From Thermoplasmata archaeon (GTDB lineage Archaea > Thermoplasmatota > SW-10-69-26 > JACQPN01 > JAJPHT01): a DNA stretch of 45,109 bases. Numbering within the stretch: the first letter of the stretch is position 1; every line of letters begins with the position of its first letter. Below are positions 27,434-37,066 of this stretch, in pieces. The notes beneath the pieces are model-generated. The model did no database searches. It saw only the letters and a list, made by a program, of their open reading frames with translations, and was not told the origin of the DNA. Position numbers and translations under genes: made by a program. The stretch spans positions 1 to 45,109 of the forward strand of contig JAXDQU010000039.1 of assembly GCA_034667685.1 (NCBI GenBank). Reading direction: 5' to 3'.

Positions 27434-30082
27434 ATGCGCCGTCTCGCCCCGCTGCTCCTCCTCGTCGTCCTCGCCGGCGTGGCCCTCCCGCTCCTGGCGC
27501 ACGCCCAGTCGCGCTCCGCGGCCCCGCCCGCGAGCTTCTCGGCGACGTGGACCTCCGACGGGCTCGTCGTGGACGCGGAGGCCGGCGCCGAGGCCGTCTC
27601 GGGCTGGATCGTCGTGGACCACGTGGACGGCCTCTCGGGAGAGCGCCTGGTCGACGGCGCCGCGCAGGTGGACGTCCCGGCCGGCGTCACGGCGAAGGCG
27701 GTCTTCGCGGCCGTCCGGCCCGACGTGACGCACGACGTGATCCTGACGCCCGACGCGCCCGCGACGCTGCCCGGCACGTCGCTCTACGCGCCGCTGGGCG
27801 CGACGCAGGCCCTCGCGCAGGCGTCCGTGGGCCCGGCGAGCTACGCGCCCCGCGCGGTCACGCACCCGGTCTCGGCCGACGACAAGGCGTATGGGACCGA
27901 GCCCACGCGCCTCGTGTTCGACGCCTCGGGCCGCGCGGTCGCGGTCTACGCCGCCAGCGGCGCGCTCTACGCGCAGGTCTCGCGCGACGGGGGCGACTCG
28001 TGGGACGCGCCCACCACGCTCCTCGACGGGCTGGGCCAGGAGGGCGCGGTGTTCGACGCGGCCCTCACCTCCTCGGGCGTCATGGTGGCGGCGCACCGCG
28101 TCAGCGACGGCGCGGGCGACCAGCAGCCCTGGCTCCTGGCGACGCTGGACCCCGCCGACGGCGCGTGGCGCCTCTCGGGCGTCAGCGTGGCCGCGACGAG
28201 CCTCACCTGGCGCGCCGGCGTCTCCGTGCAGCGCGACGGCAGCGTGCTCCTCGCGGTCATCGCGGGTAGCGGCCCCGGCCCGGACGTGGACGTGTGGCGC
28301 TTCTCCGCGACCGGCTCCGCGAAGCTGGGCTCCCTCGCCACCGACAACCCCAACGCGCTCCGCATCATGGCCGACGGCCAGGGGCACCTCGCGCTCCTCG
28401 CCAAGTCCAACGACCTGCGGCAGTACCTCTACCGCTCCACCGACGGCGCGACGTGGCTGGGCCCCACCGCCCTCGACGCCATCCTGGCCGTGGACACCGG
28501 CGAGCAGATCCTGGGCGGCTACGCCATGCAGGAGGGCGGCACCGTGCACGCCACGATCTACGCCGTCTCGCGCTACCAGGTCGGCAACGAGTCGTTCCCG
28601 CCGGGCCAGCACTACTACGTCCGCGTCCCGTGGGGCCAGGGCGCGGTCGCCACGCCCCTCGACGGGCCCGGCCACGACGAGGACCCCGTCGCGCTCGCCG
28701 TCGAGGGGCAGCGCGTCGCCACGGCGCGCCGGCACCCCGTCCCCGATCCCAACGGCGGCGACTACCTCGTGAACGTCAACGAGGCGCAGCTCTCCACCGA
28801 CGGCGGCCAGTCGTTCAGCTCCATCCGCTACGTCGAGCGCGCGCCCGACGGCTCGTTCACGGCCATGTTCGACGCCGCGCTCGCCCTCAGCCCCGACTGG
28901 CGCCCCGTGTCGCTCTCCGTGGGCTCCGGCAGCGTGGGGCTCCAGGCCGTCGCCGTGCCGCTCTTCGACCCGCGCGACGCCGCCACGGTGAGCTACGTCG
29001 CGCCCGCGGTCACCACGCCCACCTCCTCGACGCCGCCCCCGACCACCACGCCGGCGCCGAGCACGCCGACGCCCACGACCAGCATGCCGCCCTCGACCAC
29101 GACGACCGAGCCGGCGCCCACCCCCACGACCCCGACGCCGCCCGTGGACCAGCCGCTCCCGATCGTCGGCGTGAGCCCCGGCATCGTCACGCTCGCGGCG
29201 GGCGGCTCGGCTGATATCACGGTCACGTTCTACAACGTGGGCGCCACGCAGATCGGCTCCGAGGCGCCCACGCTCACGGGCCTGCCCGCAGGCGTCCACG
29301 CGCAAGTGCAGGACGAGGGGTTCCGCGTCGTCGACGGGCGGCAATCCTACCTGTACCCCGTGAAGCTCGTCGCCGACGCCGACGCGCCCAACGCCTCGGT
29401 CGTCGCCGCCGCGCACGCGCGCTACGCCACCGATCGCCCCGCGCTCAACGCGACGTTCCACCTGCTCGTGGGCGGCGCGGCCGCCGCGATCGCGCCGCCG
29501 CCCGGCGCGCAGGGCTCGGGCTTCGCCATGCAGGTGCCCGCGGCCGCCTACGTCATGGTGGGCACCGGCGCGGCGGCAGGCGTCGTGGTCATCCTCGCGC
29601 GCACCGACGCGGGCAAGTGGATCGCCGCCGTCGCGACGCTGCCGCTCTACACGCGGCTCGTCAAGGCGGACGTCCTGGGCAACGAGGTGCGCGCCGGCAT
29701 CCACGCCTTCGCCGCCCAGCACCCCGGCGCGCGCCTCTCCGAGATCCAGCGCGGCGTGGACGTCACCACGAGCACGCTCGTCTTCCACCTGCGCGTGCTG
29801 GAGCGCGAGGGCTACCTCACGACGAGCCGCGAGTGGAGCCGCCGGCGCTACTGGGTCACGGGCAACGTCCCCGTGGCGCGGCGCGAAGGGCGCGACGTCG
29901 CCGCGACGCTCACGGGCATCCTCGCGCGCGAGCCGGGCCTCGGCCCCGCCGCCGTCGCCGCGCGCCTGGGCATCAGCCGCCAGCTCGCGCGCTATCACCT
30001 CCGCGCGCTGGAGCGCGACGGCATCGTGGTCGCGCAGGGCGAGGGCATCGCCAAGGGATACGTCGTGGTCGCGCGGCGCTAG
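27434..30082 (+). CDS. Membrane-anchored regulator: signal peptide, Asp-box ectodomain, PT linker, Ig-like domain, TM, tandem winged HTH
   Basis: MRRLAPLLLLVVLAG..AHA signal; SRDGGDSW/STDGATW/STDGGQSF; TM YVMVGTGAAAGVVVILA; HPGARLSEIQ..FHLRVLEREG and EPGL..ARLGISRQLARYHLRALERDG. Confidence 0.8.
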   Translation: MRRLAPLLLLVVLAGVALPLLAHAQSRSAAPPASFSATWTSDGLVVDAEAGAEAVSGWIVVDHVDGLSGERLVDGAAQVDVPAGVTAKAVFAAVRPDVTHDVILTPDAPATLPGTSLYAPLGATQALAQASVGPASYAPRAVTHPVSADDKAYGTEPTRLVFDASGRAVAVYAASGALYAQVSRDGGDSWDAPTTLLDGLGQEGAVFDAALTSSGVMVAAHRVSDGAGDQQPWLLATLDPADGAWRLSGVSVAATSLTWRAGVSVQRDGSVLLAVIAGSGPGPDVDVWRFSATGSAKLGSLATDNPNALRIMADGQGHLALLAKSNDLRQYLYRSTDGATWLGPTALDAILAVDTGEQILGGYAMQEGGTVHATIYAVSRYQVGNESFPPGQHYYVRVPWGQGAVATPLDGPGHDEDPVALAVEGQRVATARRHPVPDPNGGDYLVNVNEAQLSTDGGQSFSSIRYVERAPDGSFTAMFDAALALSPDWRPVSLSVGSGSVGLQAVAVPLFDPRDAATVSYVAPAVTTPTSSTPPPTTTPAPSTPTPTTSMPPSTTTTEPAPTPTTPTPPVDQPLPIVGVSPGIVTLAAGGSADITVTFYNVGATQIGSEAPTLTGLPAGVHAQVQDEGFRVVDGRQSYLYPVKLVADADAPNASVVAAAHARYATDRPALNATFHLLVGGAAAAIAPPPGAQGSGFAMQVPAAAYVMVGTGAAAGVVVILARTDAGKWIAAVATLPLYTRLVKADVLGNEVRAGIHAFAAQHPGARLSEIQRGVDVTTSTLVFHLRVLEREGYLTTSREWSRRRYWVTGNVPVARREGRDVAATLTGILAREPGLGPAAVAARLGISRQLARYHLRALERDGIVVAQGEGIAKGYVVVARR

Positions 30083-30137
30083 GGCCGTCCCTCGACGGAG
30101 GGCGAGGGCAAATTCCTGCTCCGATGTTCGTCTTCGT

Positions 30138-30212
30138 GGCGCTCCTTTCCCAACACCGAGAATCCCGGAATCCGCGGATGCCTCGGATGCGCGGTGTTGG
30201 GTAGGGAGCGCC
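30138..30212. repeat. ~73-bp palindromic interspersed repeat (family A)
   Basis: GGCGCTCCTTTCCCAACACCG-core-CGGTGTTGGGTAGGGAGCGCC; stem extends to about 30130/30220. Confidence 0.9.
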
Positions 30213-30309
30213 ACCAAGACGACCCCAGGTGGGAACTTGCCCGTGCCCTCCGGCAAGCACCCCGCAAGCCCCAAGTAGGGGCACCCCTTAGCCGCGGCCC
30301 GAGGACCGC

Positions 30310-30858
30310 ATGAGCGTCGTCATCATCACCGGCGTTCCGGGCGTCGGCAAGAGCACCGTCATCGACGCCGCCCAGAAGGCCAAGGGCTACAAGGTCGTGG
30401 TCTACGGCACGGAGATGTTCAACGTCGCCAAGGCGCGCGGCCTGGTGAAGGACCGCGACGAGATGCGGCGGCTCGACCCGTCGGTCCAGCGCGAGATCCA
30501 GGAGTCGGCGGCCCACGCCATCGCCAACATGGGCAACGTCATCGTCGACACGCACTGCACGATCAAGACGCCCAAGGGCTTCCTTCCCGGCATCCCGAAG
30601 TGGGTCGCGGAGTCGCTCAAGCCCAAGCAGATCGTCCTCGTCGAGGCCTCTCCCAAGGAGATCGTGGCGCGGCGCAACAACGATCCGACCCGCGCGCGCG
30701 ACGCGGACACGGAGGACGACATCCGGACGCACCAGGACATCAACCGCGCGGCGGCGATGACGATCGCGACGCTGACCGGCGCGACCATCGCCATCGTGAC
30801 CAACGCGGACGGCAAGGTCGACCAGACGCGCGACCAGGTCGTCAAGGCCATCGGGTGA
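30310..30858 (+). CDS. adkA: Archaeal adenylate kinase
   Basis: GVPGVGKST, YGTEM, DRDEMRRL, VDTH, GFLPG. Confidence 0.95.
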   Translation: MSVVIITGVPGVGKSTVIDAAQKAKGYKVVVYGTEMFNVAKARGLVKDRDEMRRLDPSVQREIQESAAHAIANMGNVIVDTHCTIKTPKGFLPGIPKWVAESLKPKQIVLVEASPKEIVARRNNDPTRARDADTEDDIRTHQDINRAAAMTIATLTGATIAIVTNADGKVDQTRDQVVKAIG

Positions 30859-31598
30859 ACGCGGTGGCCGACGCTCCCGCCAAGCCGCTCGTCGTGAAGG
30901 GGCGCAAGAAGCGCAGCCCGTACTCGACCGCGCTCGTGTTCCTCTCCTTCGGCCTGATCATCTTCCTCATCCTGCCCGCGGGCCAGGCGTTCCGCCTGTG
31001 GGTGGGCGGGAAGGTCGGCGTCGTGCTGGAGCCCGTCATCGGCTTCCACGACGCGTACCCGATCTTCACGATCCTCATCGCGAGCCTGATCCTCGTGGCC
31101 GCCACGACCGCCGTGCGGCACTTCCTCATCGACTGGGTGAACATGGCGCGCACGCAGGAGGCGATGCGCAACTTCCAGAAGGAGTTCAGCCAGGCGCGGA
31201 AGGACAACAACACCTACAAGATCAAGAAGCTGACCGACGCGCAGCCCGAGATCATGGAGATGCAGGCGGAGATGAGCACCGAGAACATGAAGCCCATGGC
31301 GTTCACGATGCTCATCGTCGTGCCCATCTTCGCGTGGCTCTACCTGTGGATCCCCGTCGTCGCCGCCGCGGGCCACTCCGTCATCAAGGTCCCGTGGGAC
31401 CAGATGTGGGACCTCACGCTGCGCACCGACCCGCCGGACAACCACTTCTACTTCCTCGGGTTCCTCCCGCGCTGGATCGTCCTCTACTCGCTCTTCGGCA
31501 TCCCGCTGGGCCAGATCGCGCAGCGCGCGCTCAAGCTCTGGGAGTATCGCCACCACAAGCTGGGCAAGGGCGAGCTGGTCTTCCAGGAGAAGGCATGA
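30855..31598 (+). CDS. DUF106 / EMC3-TMCO1 (Oxa1 superfamily) membrane insertase
   Basis: TM-coiled coil-MKPMAFT..IVVPIF.W..WIVLY pattern; canonical position between adk and cmk. Confidence 0.88.
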   Translation: MNAVADAPAKPLVVKGRKKRSPYSTALVFLSFGLIIFLILPAGQAFRLWVGGKVGVVLEPVIGFHDAYPIFTILIASLILVAATTAVRHFLIDWVNMARTQEAMRNFQKEFSQARKDNNTYKIKKLTDAQPEIMEMQAEMSTENMKPMAFTMLIVVPIFAWLYLWIPVVAAAGHSVIKVPWDQMWDLTLRTDPPDNHFYFLGFLPRWIVLYSLFGIPLGQIAQRALKLWEYRHHKLGKGELVFQEKA

Positions 31599-32143
31599 GC
31601 GACCCGGCGCGCCCTCCGCTGGTCGCCGTCGCGGGCCTCCCGGGCACGGGCACGACCACGCTCTGCCGCCTGCTCTCGACGCGCCTCGCGCTGCCGCACG
31701 TCTACGCGGGCCAGTTCTTCCGCCAGATGGCGAAGGAGCACGGCATGGACCTCGTGCAGTTCGGCAAGTACGCCGAGGAGCACCAGGACATCGACACGGA
31801 GCTGGACCGCCGCATGATCGAGGTCGCCCGCAAGCGCGGCTGCATCCTCGAAGGGCGCATGGCCGCCTGGCACCTCCAGAAGGCCGAGGCGGGTGGGCTG
31901 AAGGTCCTCCTCGAAGCGCCCGAGGACGTCCGCGCGACGCGCGTCGCCAACCGCGAGGGCATCCCCGACGTGAGCAGCGTGCTCCACCAGAACCGCCACC
32001 GCGAGGCGTCGGAGGCCAAGCGCTACCGCGAGTTCTACGGCTTCGACCCCAACGACCCGCGTCACTACGACCTGGTGATCGGCTCGCAGGACAAGACGCC
32101 CGACCAGATCGCGGACATGGTCGTGGCGCGGCTGTTCCCGTAG
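31595..32143 (+). CDS. cmk: Archaeal cytidylate kinase
   Basis: GLPGTGTTT, AGQFFRQMA, ILEGR, RE.SE..RY..FYG, YDLVI. Confidence 0.93.
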   Translation: MSDPARPPLVAVAGLPGTGTTTLCRLLSTRLALPHVYAGQFFRQMAKEHGMDLVQFGKYAEEHQDIDTELDRRMIEVARKRGCILEGRMAAWHLQKAEAGGLKVLLEAPEDVRATRVANREGIPDVSSVLHQNRHREASEAKRYREFYGFDPNDPRHYDLVIGSQDKTPDQIADMVVARLFP

Positions 32144-32213
32144 CGGAACGTCCTAGAGGGGGATGAAGGGGGCCGTGCGGTCGGCCCCCAATGCTCTTGC
32201 ACGTTCTCTTCGC

Positions 32214-33800
32214 TCAGTAGAAGCTTCCGTAAGAGCCGTCGTGGCCGCTCGCCCCGGCGGAGCCGTTGGACCCGACCGAGTTCCACCAGTGGCAGGTGAT
32301 CTGACCGGCCGCGCCGCCAGAGCCACCGCCGCGACCGAATCCGGGCGCGCCGACGGTGCGGGAGATCCCGCCGTTCGAGCCGTTGCCGAGCGGGCCAGAC
32401 CCGCCGACTCCACCCACGGCGTGGGCATTTCCGCCGCTCCCGCCATTGCCGCCCGCGCCGCCGTTGCCGCCGTTGCCGGTTCCGGCGCCATTGCCGCCGT
32501 TCCCGCCAACGCCGCCTTGGCCCGCGGTGTTGCCACCACCGCCGTTGCCCGTAGCCGAAGCGCCGCCGCCACCATGGCCCGTCAGGCCATTGCCGCCGTT
32601 CCCGCCCAGGCCTTCGCCGTTGCCTCCGGAGCCACCGTTGCCACCATTCTGCCCGGGGCTCCCGTTGCCGCCCGAGTCTCCACCGAACACCGTGCAGGCC
32701 CCATCGGCGCCGTTGGCTCCCGCCGCGCCATTCTGGCCTTGGCCGCCGGATCCGCCCTGCGCTTCTCCGCTGCCGCCCCAGCCGCCGTCGACGTAGCCGC
32801 TTCCACCGTTTCCTCCTTGGGCGTGGCCGAGCCCGCCCGCGCCGCCGGAGCCGCCGGTGACACAGCCGTCTTGGCCGTTGCCGCCGTATTGCGCGCCAGG
32901 GTCGGTGCCGGAGCCTCCGCTCTGGCCCACGCCCATGTTGGAGGCGCCGTTGGCGCCGGTCGCGCTGGTGGTGCCCCCGCTGTCTCCGCAGGTCGCGGGA
33001 GCGAAGCCGCCCCCACCGAGGGCGTTTGCCAGGCCGCCCAGACCGCCCTCGCCCGTCGCCGCGGCGGGCGCCCAGCCTGCGATCGCGCTCAGGGCGCGCA
33101 GAACGCCCGAGTCGCCCCCGTTCCCTCCGAGGGCGTACGCGTCTTGGCCCCGCGCGGTCGCCGAGGTCCCCGCGTGTCCGATGGCGCGCGCGATCCCCCC
33201 GGCGCCGCCGTTGCCGAGCTTGGTCGCTGCGGGAGCGCCGGAGACGGGGATCTCGAGGTTGATGTCTCCACCTCGGCCACCCGCACCACCAATGGCATGG
33301 ATGGGAACGAGATCGGCCTCACCGAAGCTCGCCGCCGCGCCACCCGCGCCCCCGTCGCCGGCCTGCACGACCGCGGTGGGGCCCACGACGAGGAGCGCGT
33401 TCGGCGTGGCCGACGTGAAAGTGATCGACCCCGCGTCCCCGCCCGGGAGGGCTTGGATGTCATGGTCTCCGTCCGCCCTGGGCGCCGCGAGGCCATCGCT
33501 CGTGACGATCGTGCCGTTGAGATAGATGCGCGCCGCATCGAGGACAAGTCCGGCTCCGGGGTCGCCGACGAGAATGCCCTCGATGCTGATCGTGTCCGCG
33601 ACCAGCGTCGTGTCGGCGAACGTGGCTCGGACACCGTTGGCGAGGTGGATGGAACGAGCCTCGATCCGTCCGGCGAGATGGCCAGCAAGATCGAGGGACG
33701 CGCCAGTCCCAGCTTGGACCGAGAGAGCTGGAACGAGGACCGTGATCATGGTAACGGCGATGGCCGCCACGAGAATCTTGCGTCGTCTGAGAAATGACAA
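32214..33800 (-). CDS. Secreted Gly-rich (PGRS-like GGx repeat) protein
   Basis: TTG start with GGAGG upstream; signal peptide RRRKILVAAIAV..SVQA; long GGNGG/GGAGG repeats with spaced Cys. Confidence 0.8.
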   Translation of the reverse strand: MSFLRRRKILVAAIAVTMITVLVPALSVQAGTGASLDLAGHLAGRIEARSIHLANGVRATFADTTLVADTISIEGILVGDPGAGLVLDAARIYLNGTIVTSDGLAAPRADGDHDIQALPGGDAGSITFTSATPNALLVVGPTAVVQAGDGGAGGAAASFGEADLVPIHAIGGAGGRGGDINLEIPVSGAPAATKLGNGGAGGIARAIGHAGTSATARGQDAYALGGNGGDSGVLRALSAIAGWAPAAATGEGGLGGLANALGGGGFAPATCGDSGGTTSATGANGASNMGVGQSGGSGTDPGAQYGGNGQDGCVTGGSGGAGGLGHAQGGNGGSGYVDGGWGGSGEAQGGSGGQGQNGAAGANGADGACTVFGGDSGGNGSPGQNGGNGGSGGNGEGLGGNGGNGLTGHGGGGASATGNGGGGNTAGQGGVGGNGGNGAGTGNGGNGGAGGNGGSGGNAHAVGGVGGSGPLGNGSNGGISRTVGAPGFGRGGGSGGAAGQITCHWWNSVGSNGSAGASGHDGSYGSFY

Positions 33801-33922
33801 CCGTTTCTGCCTCCAAGCACCCTCACGGCCTGCGGCATGCTAATCAGAAATGGTGGATCACCAAACTCGACAGTTGGGTCGTCCGCCAATCAAGTTATGT
33901 GGGGCCCTGCGACTCATCCCCT

Positions 33923-35980
33923 GTGGCGAAAGCCATCGCGCTCTCTTGTGGGATCGCTCTCCTGCTCGGCACGGCCGTCCTACCCGGCGCCTCGGCCGGC
34001 ATGACGTTCCCGAGCACGAGCCCGCTCCGCATCGGGGACGCGCTCGCGTACATCGCGCAAACCTGGGACCAGGGGGAAGGCGGCGCGCCGGCGCCTCGCA
34101 TCGCCTTCCGCCTGGACGCCGTGAGCACGGTTCTGAGCCCGGATGGGAAAGGCGTGCCGACGCTGTTCGTCACGGTCGGACGTGGCCCTTGGAGCACCCA
34201 GAACGACGCCTGGGTGCCGTCGTCGACCTCGGCGCTTCTTTTCGATCTGTCCGCGCATCGCTTCTACGGTTCGATCACGGACACCGCCGCAGGAACGCAA
34301 GTCGCCTACGAAAGGCCCTCGAACGCGTCGATCGAGTGCGTGCTGCTCTGGACCTTGGATGGCGCGCTTGGCGTCCCCGTGGCCGACGCCGGCCAACCCT
34401 GCCTGGGGCCGCATCAGGTCATCTCGACCGACGCGTGGTCTCCCTGGAACGGGCCCGGCCCTGGCCCGCGAGATCTCGTTGCGCTGGGGGACACGCATGG
34501 GAACCTGGCCTGGTCCGATCCTTCGTCGCATGTCGTGATCCAAGCCGCCTCCCGCGAAGGCACGATGACATCCGTCGAGTACCTCGCCAGCGCGTCGTCC
34601 GGCAGCGGCGAGCTCCTTTCCAGCGCGGTCCAGGATCTCCAGCCACCGAGCACGCGCGCCGCCGTCGAGATGGGCAGCTACGGGCGAGATGGCCCAACCG
34701 ACGGGGCGCAGCTTTCCTTCACCCTCGACGCCGCGCGCGCCGCGCTCCAGTCCTCAAGCATGGGTCAGCCGTTCCGGGACTACGTCTCCGCCCACCCCCA
34801 TGCGGTCCTGACGCAATTCACGTACGGCAAGGCCCCGACCTCCACGGGCTTCGTCGCAAGCTGGAAGCTCTGGTGGAGCGACCCGGAGCGCGCGGGATTC
34901 GGCGCTCGCGTCGACCAGGAGTTCCTCGCCGCGAACGGAATCTCCCCGGCGCCTCGATCGCCCTCCGCGTCGCCGCTCGACGCGCAGGAGACGTCGGCGT
35001 TTGTGCACCGGCTCGGCGATGCGGACGTCGCGCATCACGCGATCACGTTGGACAGCATGGTCCATTCGGCGCAAGAGCGCGTCCCCGCCGCCTATTCCTC
35101 GGGCACCGTCGTCGGACTCTGGTGGTCGACGTTCGTCCATGACGCGGCGGGCGATCGAAACAATGCGGCGACATCGTGGCCGGACGAGGCGTTCGACGCC
35201 TGGAGCGCGAGCGTGACCGTCGCCAGGGAGGATGCGCCGGGGGACACGATCACGACCTATTTCGATGCCGGCAGCGGTGCGGCGCGTGAGCTCGCATCGC
35301 CCACGCACGCCGCGCTCTCCTTCTCGGGACCCTCCGCATACGCAAGCGCGCCGACCTTCCGGGCCGACGTGCCTTCGTATGGATCGGAACCTGATTACTG
35401 GAAGCTCGTGGCCCCGCTCTCGGCTGTCGCGATCCTCGTAGTCGGAGCGGGCTTCCTGCTCCGCCGCGGAGCCCTGCTCGCGCTCTACAACCGGCTCGGA
35501 CCAGACCGGCTTCTGACTCAGCCGGTCCGACGAAGGATCCTCCAGGAGCTCGAAGGTGCGGGTCCCCTGAGCCTCCAGGAATTGCGGGCTCGCGCCGGCA
35601 AGTCCGAGAACACGGTCCGCCACCACACCCGGATCCTGGTGGCTCATGGCCTGGTCCGTGACGAGGAATGGCGGGGCCGTCGCGTGTATGCGGCCTCGTC
35701 CAAGCCGATCGCCGACCTCCGCTCGCGTCTGCTTCTCCGAAGCCCGGCCGCGCGCAAGCTCCTGCAAACCCTGCGCAATCGGCCGGAGGGAAGCACCATG
35801 GTCGAGCTCATGGCGGACGCGAGCGTCTCGAAGGGCGCTGCATACTACCACCTGCTCCGGATGCGGAATGCGGGCATCATCGACATCACGGGGAAGCGAG
35901 GGTCGATGGTGTTCCGCGCCCGTCCTCAATCCCGGCCCTTGCAGGGCCACTCCGAGAAGGTCGAGCAAACCTCAGGATAG
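33923..35980 (+). CDS. Membrane-anchored regulator: signal peptide, large ectodomain, TM, tandem winged HTH
   Basis: Signal ..IALLLGTAVLPGASA; TM LVAPLSAVAILVVGAGFLL; LYNRL..VRRRIL..HHTRILVAHGLV and ..VSKGAAYYHLLRMRNAGII; start uncertain. Confidence 0.78.
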   Translation: MAKAIALSCGIALLLGTAVLPGASAGMTFPSTSPLRIGDALAYIAQTWDQGEGGAPAPRIAFRLDAVSTVLSPDGKGVPTLFVTVGRGPWSTQNDAWVPSSTSALLFDLSAHRFYGSITDTAAGTQVAYERPSNASIECVLLWTLDGALGVPVADAGQPCLGPHQVISTDAWSPWNGPGPGPRDLVALGDTHGNLAWSDPSSHVVIQAASREGTMTSVEYLASASSGSGELLSSAVQDLQPPSTRAAVEMGSYGRDGPTDGAQLSFTLDAARAALQSSSMGQPFRDYVSAHPHAVLTQFTYGKAPTSTGFVASWKLWWSDPERAGFGARVDQEFLAANGISPAPRSPSASPLDAQETSAFVHRLGDADVAHHAITLDSMVHSAQERVPAAYSSGTVVGLWWSTFVHDAAGDRNNAATSWPDEAFDAWSASVTVAREDAPGDTITTYFDAGSGAARELASPTHAALSFSGPSAYASAPTFRADVPSYGSEPDYWKLVAPLSAVAILVVGAGFLLRRGALLALYNRLGPDRLLTQPVRRRILQELEGAGPLSLQELRARAGKSENTVRHHTRILVAHGLVRDEEWRGRRVYAASSKPIADLRSRLLLRSPAARKLLQTLRNRPEGSTMVELMADASVSKGAAYYHLLRMRNAGIIDITGKRGSMVFRARPQSRPLQGHSEKVEQTSG

Positions 35981-36062
35981 GCTCGATCTTCGGCGCCCTT
36001 CGAGCGCCCCGGCGCCCCCCGAAGCCCTCATGCCTGAAGCCCGCTCTGGCCGCCGCGTGACG

Positions 36063-37028
36063 ATGCTCCTGCGCGCCAAGTCCGACACGGACCCGGCCCA
36101 CGGCAAGAAGCCGGCCGCGCGCACGATCGAGGAGCACCTGCGCCTGGGCGTCGTCAACCTCGACAAGCCCGCGGGCCCCACGTCGCACCAGGTCGTGGCG
36201 TGGCTCAAGAACGTCCTGCACGTGGACAAGGCGGGCCACGGCGGCACGCTCGACCCGAACGTCACGGGCGTGCTGCCCATCGCGATCGAGGACGCGACGC
36301 GCGTCGTGCGCGCCCTGCTCGAGAGCCCGAAGGAGTACGTCTGCGTCCTGGAGACGCACCGCGAGGTCAAGCCCGAGAAGATGCGCGAGACGCTCGCGAT
36401 GTTCGTCGGGCCCATCTACCAGGTCCCTCCTCTGAAGAGCGCCGTCAAGCGCGAGCTGCGCGTGCGCGAGATCTACAGCATGGAGGTCATGGAGGTCCAG
36501 CCGCGCCTGGCGCTCTTCCGCTGCTCCTGCGAGGCGGGCACCTACATCCGCAAGCTCTGCACCGACGTGGGCACGGTGCTCGGTCCGGGCGCGCACATGC
36601 GTGAGCTGCGCCGCAGCGTCACCGGCCCCTTCCCCGAGGCCACGAGCGTCTCGCTCCACGACGTCAAGGACGCCTACGAGCACTGGAAGGAGAGCGGCGA
36701 CGAGAGTTGGCTGCGCGAGGTCATCCGCCCCGTCGAGGAATTGGTCGGCCACCTGCCGCGTGTCGTCGTCCGCGACAGCGCGGTGGACGCGCTCTGCCAC
36801 GGCGCCGACCTCGCGGTGCCCGGCCTCGTCGAGGTCCAGGACACGATGAAGGAGGGCGACCTCGCGGCCGCGTTCACGCTCAAGGGCGAGCTCGTCGCGG
36901 TGGGCCGCGCGAAGATGTCGGCCAAGGACGCCGTCGAGCGCGAGGGCGGCATCGCGCTGAAGACCGAGCGCGTCGTCATGGCGCCCGGCACCTACCCGCG
37001 CGGGTGGGGCAAGGCGAAGGCCGCCTGA
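36063..37028 (+). CDS. cbf5: H/ACA RNA-guided pseudouridine synthase Cbf5
   Basis: DKPAGPTSH, GHGGTLDP catalytic Asp, KEY, Q.PP.KSAVKR..R.R, GTYIRKLC, PUA domain; start could be 36030. Confidence 0.96.
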   Translation: MLLRAKSDTDPAHGKKPAARTIEEHLRLGVVNLDKPAGPTSHQVVAWLKNVLHVDKAGHGGTLDPNVTGVLPIAIEDATRVVRALLESPKEYVCVLETHREVKPEKMRETLAMFVGPIYQVPPLKSAVKRELRVREIYSMEVMEVQPRLALFRCSCEAGTYIRKLCTDVGTVLGPGAHMRELRRSVTGPFPEATSVSLHDVKDAYEHWKESGDESWLREVIRPVEELVGHLPRVVVRDSAVDALCHGADLAVPGLVEVQDTMKEGDLAAAFTLKGELVAVGRAKMSAKDAVEREGGIALKTERVVMAPGTYPRGWGKAKAA

Positions 37029-37066
37029 GGCGCAGGGTTTTTTCACGCGCGCGCAAACGCGCGTTC

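Noticed and set aside
29010-29145. Low-complexity ACC/CCG repeats
   Set aside because: Encodes a Pro/Thr linker within the 27434-30082 protein, not an independent DNA repeat
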